64,000 bases of DNA from Balanoglossus misakiensis (taxonomy: Eukaryota; Animalia; Hemichordata): positions 11,235,477 through 11,299,476 of the forward strand of contig CM082593.2 of NCBI GenBank assembly GCA_040954595.2, given 5' to 3'. The notes beneath the pieces are model-generated. The model saw only the letters and a program-made list of their open reading frames with translations, searched no databases and was not told the origin of the DNA. Shown here one piece after another: positions 58,394-64,000 of the stretch. How positions within the stretch are numbered: the first letter of the stretch is position 1; every line of letters starts with the position of its first letter. Position numbers and translations under genes: made by a program.

Positions 58394-61300
58394 TGTTATG
58401 TTTCCATCAACATGGGAATAATAATGCGATCATAAGGTATAACAACAACCTATTTATTGATCGGCTGAAAAGACTCAACAATGTGCTTCGCCTTATCTGG
58501 GCGGAAGTGACGTCGTACAGCAATTCATAAACAAGTGGAACACCAACAATGCAACACTAGAGGGCGCTATATTGATCGTAGCTGTCAGAATACTACACCC
58601 CCCCCCCCCCCCCGCATGTTTAAAGGTTTCTATAGAAAAGTATTGTTGAGGTTCACAAAACTTTGAAGAAGCTTTGCAACACTAACTTTGGCCAAAGATT
58701 TGAATGTTAAGGTTTCACAAACGTAGTTACAGCTGAGGTTCAACTAAGACTAGTATAAGAGGCTTCAGCACGCCAAGTCTTGTAGCAAGCTTCAACACAA
58801 AGCTTTTTGCAACATTGTTCAAAGCGTTGTCAAAGGTACTGCACAACCCTGGTGAAGTAGTGCTATATTTTCAATTAAATGGCTTAAGCCATTTGTCTCT
58901 CCAACCAGAATTGCACCAGTTAAATACACACAGCTTGAAATTGTAAAATGTTGCAAAATCAAACGATCACATCCTTACACCTATTATTAGAACCAGAAGT
59001 TGAGTCAAAATTTTCCTACCTAGAAATTTTCTTTCCTATGAAGTTTTTTGCTTATTGGCATTCATATGGGAGCCTAGACCTATTCCAGCTGAGTTGCCAA
59101 AATGGCAATGTTGGACAATTCTTCTAATATGCATGATCAAAAATGGCCGCCAAATACCTTCTCTAAAATAAAACTTGGCCCTTTTTTCTCAAATTATGTG
59201 TAATATCTAAAATTTCAGGATTTGCATCCATATTGGTTATGTATTGCAAATATGGCAGTGTTTGGCAACTTTTCTATTTTGCATAATCAAAAATGGCCAC
59301 CAATCACCACTAAAAGTGAAATTTTGCCATGTTTCCCAAAATGATGCGCAATATCGCGTATTTTCAGGATTAGCACATTCATATGGGTACCTTTAACAAT
59401 ACAACTGTGTTGCAAATTTGGCAGTGTTACCGTACTAATCATGAAGCAAGGAAGTGCAACCTCTGTATCCCAAATATATGTCTATCCCCACTGATAGGAG
59501 TCACAAAGAGCCAGCCCCTCTGCATCATCCTGTTCCTCAATCTCACGATGGGAATCCTTTTCAGAATTCCGACCTCAAAACATCCAGGGATTCACCATCA
59601 TTCACCACACCCTCGTCAGTATCCACCATGTTTAGAGCCAATGCCTGAACATGTTGTCTCTTTATCTATGGATTGCGTTAAAGGCCAGTGGGAGTTTCAT
59701 CTCCTTTTTTTGCAATTTTGACCATTTTTATCTGGTGCATAATGCTAGAGTACATATCATCCATACAGGATGATGCATGTACAGTGATGGGAAATGTATC
59801 AATCCACTCCTGCACTAGATTTGCATACAGTGCCATACCTTTTAGGGCTATTTTCTTGACCCCTTTGATAGTCTGCTGGCCAAAAGTGGCTGGCCAAAGT
59901 GGCCAGCAGAGACATTCTTCCAATACCCTTCATAGTGCCAACAGACAAGGCTTGGATATACAACCTGTGTTGCTTGTAAGGCACACATCTCCAATTGGTA
60001 CATTGGGCCAATTATACTGTACATGTACAGCTAGGAAAAAAATATACTTCATCATAGTTTCCATGGTCAGCAGCTTCAATAACTTGTTGCCTTTTCTTAC
60101 TGAACATTTAGACTTATAAAGAAGTATAACAAGAATAAAGTTGTCCAATTAGTGTTGGCAGGGGGGTGGGGGATGTGTTCTCCCATACAAAGGTGTATAG
60201 GTATGTAGTCTTTAAGAAAAACTTGGGGTAAATGACCAGAAAATTTGACTTATAATACAAATAGGTCGGGTTTTGGGCATTTACACGTGTTGATGTTATC
60301 GACTGGGGCGACAGACTACCATCCGAAAAAATTTCAAGTACCCCCCCCCCCCCCCCTCGGGTGCCGGCCAGTGGGATGGAGGTGATAGAAAGTGTTGTAG
60401 ATACAATAGAGGCCTACAACCTGAAAACCTTCTGGCTTTAACCGAGGACTTGCCATTAAAGATACCTGTAGGCCCCTATATGCTGCTCCCACATACACTC
60501 CCAGTCCTAAACCTTGCATCTGATTTGTGGTGCAGATGAAGAATTAAGATTGGCTTGACAATTAGCACACTTAATTGCCTGTTATGAGATATAATACATA
60601 CAATCATGGGACAAGAATGGCAAAAGTCAAATTATCCAGCAGGTGTTTGAATTATGCAAATTAGAGCAGTTGTCTAATATTGCCATGTCAACCATGTTGA
60701 AATTGTTTTAGGTACCCATATTAATGGAAACCCTGCAAATTCGATATTACACACCATTTAAAACAAATATGGGAAATTAACATGTTAGAGAAATTTGGCG
60801 GCCATTTTGGATTATGCAAATTAGAACAGTTGTCTAATATTGCCATGTCAACCATGTTGAAATTGTTTTAGGTACCCAGGAGAGTTGAATGAAAATGCCA
60901 TTTGCAATGCAGTTGTCTTGTATTGGGTGCCCATATTAAGGCATTCTTGAAAACGAAACATTATTCATCATTTTGACGCAAACAGAAAAGGTGTTCAAAT
61001 GCAAATTAGAAGAGTTGCCCAACCCTGCCATATTTGCAATACAGTTGTAGTGACTGTCAACTCGACTACAGACAGTCTCGATGAACACAAGACATGATCC
61101 CAATTTGCAAGCTGAGTTGAAACTGACTGCTGCAGTAACTTAGCTGTGGGAATGTCTTGTGTGATTTAAAACAATGATGACCAAATTTAACACAGTTTCT
61201 CTGAGGTAACCATTTAGCTTTCGTGAATAAGTTTGTTTAAGAATCCTTTATTCTACCCAAGGAACAAATTTCCTTAGAATTTCACAACTGAGACACAGTT

Positions 61301-61406
61301 TACAGATATACAAAAAGTGCGTACTACAAACATAAGAAATTGTTTGCATTTTTTTTTCTGATGGCAATGCATTTGACTGTAAACAGACATTGACGTCCTT
61401 TAGTAA

Positions 61407-62229
61407 GGGACTGTTCAGTTTTGGTGGAGGGGGGGGGGCAAAAGTTTGTGTCATTGGTTTTCAAAATCAGGCCGACACCTCCTTCAACCAGGACCAAAAA
61501 AATGATGACCCCCCCCCCTTTGACAGGACCAAAATATGATGACCCTCCTCCCACCCCGAAAACATTTGCCATCCGTATCTTATGTACACTGACTGTATGC
61601 AATAAAGGTAAAGGGTCTCCTCACACCTCAATTCTAAATTTCTTAAAGAAATGTATAATTTGAAGTGTATAATAGTATAGCGTTGCAATAAAGAAGGTCT
61701 ATGGATAAATTAAAAGGACACGTCAATACAATAGTTGGTAGAATTGGTAAAACAAGAAAAGTTGAAGGGGTGGGTGTACGTAGGACAATTTTGTAAAATA
61801 CAATTAATGCATTTTAATGAACTCAAAGGCAAATTAACTTAATGTTGGGGAGGACAAATTTGACTTTTGCCACTCAAAGTTAACATCAGTGGGGGTGGGA
61901 TGGCAAGTATTCTGCCCTGGTACACTATATGTGGCGAAGAAATAAGGGGATGGGTGTGGGAGGGGATGTCCCCCTTCCACATAAGAAAACTTTGTAAAAT
62001 ATGTAGCTCAAAGTTGCATTTTAATGAAGTCAAAAGCAAATTATCTCAATGTTTGAAAGGACCAATTTTACTGTTGCCACTACACTCAAAGTTAGCATCG
62101 ATGGGTACATGTATATGACCTCCCCCCTAAACGTTTGAAAAAAAGATGACTCCCTCTTTTGGATTTCAAAATTTAAGTGACCCCCTGGATTTTGCCAGCC
62201 TCCCCCCACCGTAAAAACTGAATGGTCCC
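61407..62229. mobile_element. PIF/Harbinger (Tourist-like) MITE
   Basis: TAA|GGGACTGTTCAGTTTT ... AAAACTGAATGGTCCC|TAA: 3-bp TAA TSD and imperfect TIR. Confidence 0.75.
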
Positions 62230-64000
62230 TAAGCGCTATTTTGTCAGTGAAATGGCTCCATTATTATCCCTCCAACTATAGTTGAAACGGAGTTAAATAT
62301 GTACAGCTTGAAATCATAAAATGTTGCAAAATTGAACCAAGAGTTTGGTCAATGATCAAGTTCTTACAGCTATTACTAGAACCATACAGTCTCAGCGAAC
62401 AAGAGACATTGGTCCGATTTGCAAGCCGAGTTGGAACTGACTTTGCCTGCACACAGATGTGCCAATTTCAGCGAATCTTATCGTATTTAAAAATGAATAT
62501 GGAGAATTGTTATCTGTGTTCCTATTGCTAGCCTACATACATGTAGCTGTTGTCATTCTAGTGTTTTTTTTCTGTATACCAAAATTGCCACACTGTTTGG
62601 GATACTTTTATCAAATGTTATGTGATACTATATCAGCCTGTTTTGGGGATCTTGACAATGACATATATTAGACTTTTCATACACAGCATGAGGTAGAATT
62701 TCAGAAACGATTAGGTAATAAGACTGCATATCTCATAGGAAATAATCACTTTAGAAGTATTACGATAAAAAAAATCATTTCACTCTTATTGGGAGCATAC
62801 ATTTGTAAAACATACATACAGACATGAATACAGACATAGAGAGATCAAGGTGTATACGATTTTCAGTGGGGGAGGGGGTCCTCCTCAATTGCAAACAACT
62901 ATGTAATGGTAATTTCCCTTTTATAATAACAATTTTTGAGGTATAAGGAAAAAATATCAAACAAAATAAACAAAAAAACAAATTCAGCTATGATTTGATT
63001 CAATTATCATTCTAAAGAAGCACATATCATTAACTCACAACTAAACTTTTACAGTGATCAACCATGCACTTTCTGAGAATTGTTTTTATGCCCCGAAAAT
63101 ACAATTTTTTTCATTTTCAGAACATTTATGATATATCACAGTAAAAAAATCCCCTGGAAACTGCAAAACAAAAAATTGCAAAGCAATCAAACAAAAATGG
63201 CAAAAATTGTCCACAAAAACTATATTGACACTTCCATCATAGGATTTGTTAAAATGTCGTGATAACACACCTAGGAACCTGCAAACCAAATTTCAAAGAA
63301 CTGTGAGTAGAGGTTTTTGAGTATTTGACCAAAATCACCCCAAAAATATACTTCAAACCAGATATTAACTGAATATGCTCACGTGCAGTACTGTGATTGG
63401 TTGACAGAATAACAAGATTAGAAAAACCAGTGTTAAACCAATTTGGTTTATAGTGTATATGGTGTAAGGGTTGTGTGTTGCACCATTGTGAAATGTAAAC
63501 ATGTTTGTGGAATTGTTGCCTTGTCAATTTTTGTAAGGGGTTATGAGTCATGTACCCCATCCTGAACTGCATAAAAAGATAAGTCTATGGAATTCTAAAA
63601 CTCGTTGATCAAAAATGGCAAGAAATATACCAAAAAGTATGAATATTTCACCAGATTTCAACAAATCTGATTTCTGTTCATGCCTAAGAACCTCTTTAAC
63701 AACTTTCAATAAGGAAGACATTTTGGCAAACAACAGGTAATTCAGACAAATCTGACTGATATCACATATATGAATTCCCATTCAAAGTTTCCAATCAATT
63801 GGACTTGTGGTTTTACTGAAGACTATTTGGCCAAACCCTGCAGAATTCCCAAAAAATACAATTATGCAAATTTCTTTACAATTTGATCATATCTGACTGA
63901 GATCACCCCTAGAAACCGAAATACAAAGTATCAAAACAATTGCACTTACAGTTTCACGGGATTTGATTTTTTGACAAAAACAGGAAATATTGCCCAAAAA

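Larger units (their letters stand above)
53709..58597 (-). mobile_element. Full-length young Gypsy/Ty3 LTR retrotransposon
   Basis: 204-bp TG..CA LTRs (53709-53912, 58394-58597) differing at one site that I could see; PBS TGGTGGCAGCGGTG; PPT aaagaagagggga; domain order gag-PR-RT-RH-IN; inserted in a C tract. Confidence 0.97.

Noticed and set aside
59450-60030. Exon-like minus-strand segment as a host exon
   Set aside because: Stops in all three frames; at most a decayed TE or gene fragment with no confident family.
60650-60880. ~68-bp direct duplication and dispersed repeats at ~58860/62235 and ~61070/62385
   Set aside because: Real but short, with no termini or coding signal; ordinary decayed repeats.

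Overview
AT-rich metazoan (probably marine invertebrate) genomic DNA made almost entirely of nested transposable elements; one plausible host exon (LamG/pentraxin-like, 395-595, minus) suggests the window is intronic or gene-flanking. Main contents: (1) a near-intact Helentron (OTU - Zn finger - HUH Rep - PIF1 helicase - APE endonuclease, 6878-14487, one frameshift in an A6 run) with a spliced 5' leader and a long 3' hairpin, flanked by four HINE/DINE-1-like non-autonomous elements; (2) a 13.7-kb CACTA/EnSpm element (27515-41252; CACTG TIRs, TAA TSD) with a spliced, damaged transposase and, head-to-head with it, an intact 5-exon gene resembling vertebrate C14orf93 (DUF4616), missed by the ORF track; (3) several rearranged copies of a spliced RPA-like OB-fold gene unit carrying a tRNA-Gln-like sequence, forming large inverted repeats; (4) a young Gypsy/Ty3 element (53709-58597) inserted at the end of a degenerate ORF resembling TatD-linked retroelement ORFs; (5) two L2-like LINE fragments, three MITEs, minisatellites and microsatellites. 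Family assignments rest on recalled motifs; no database searches were run. Some element boundaries are approximate.
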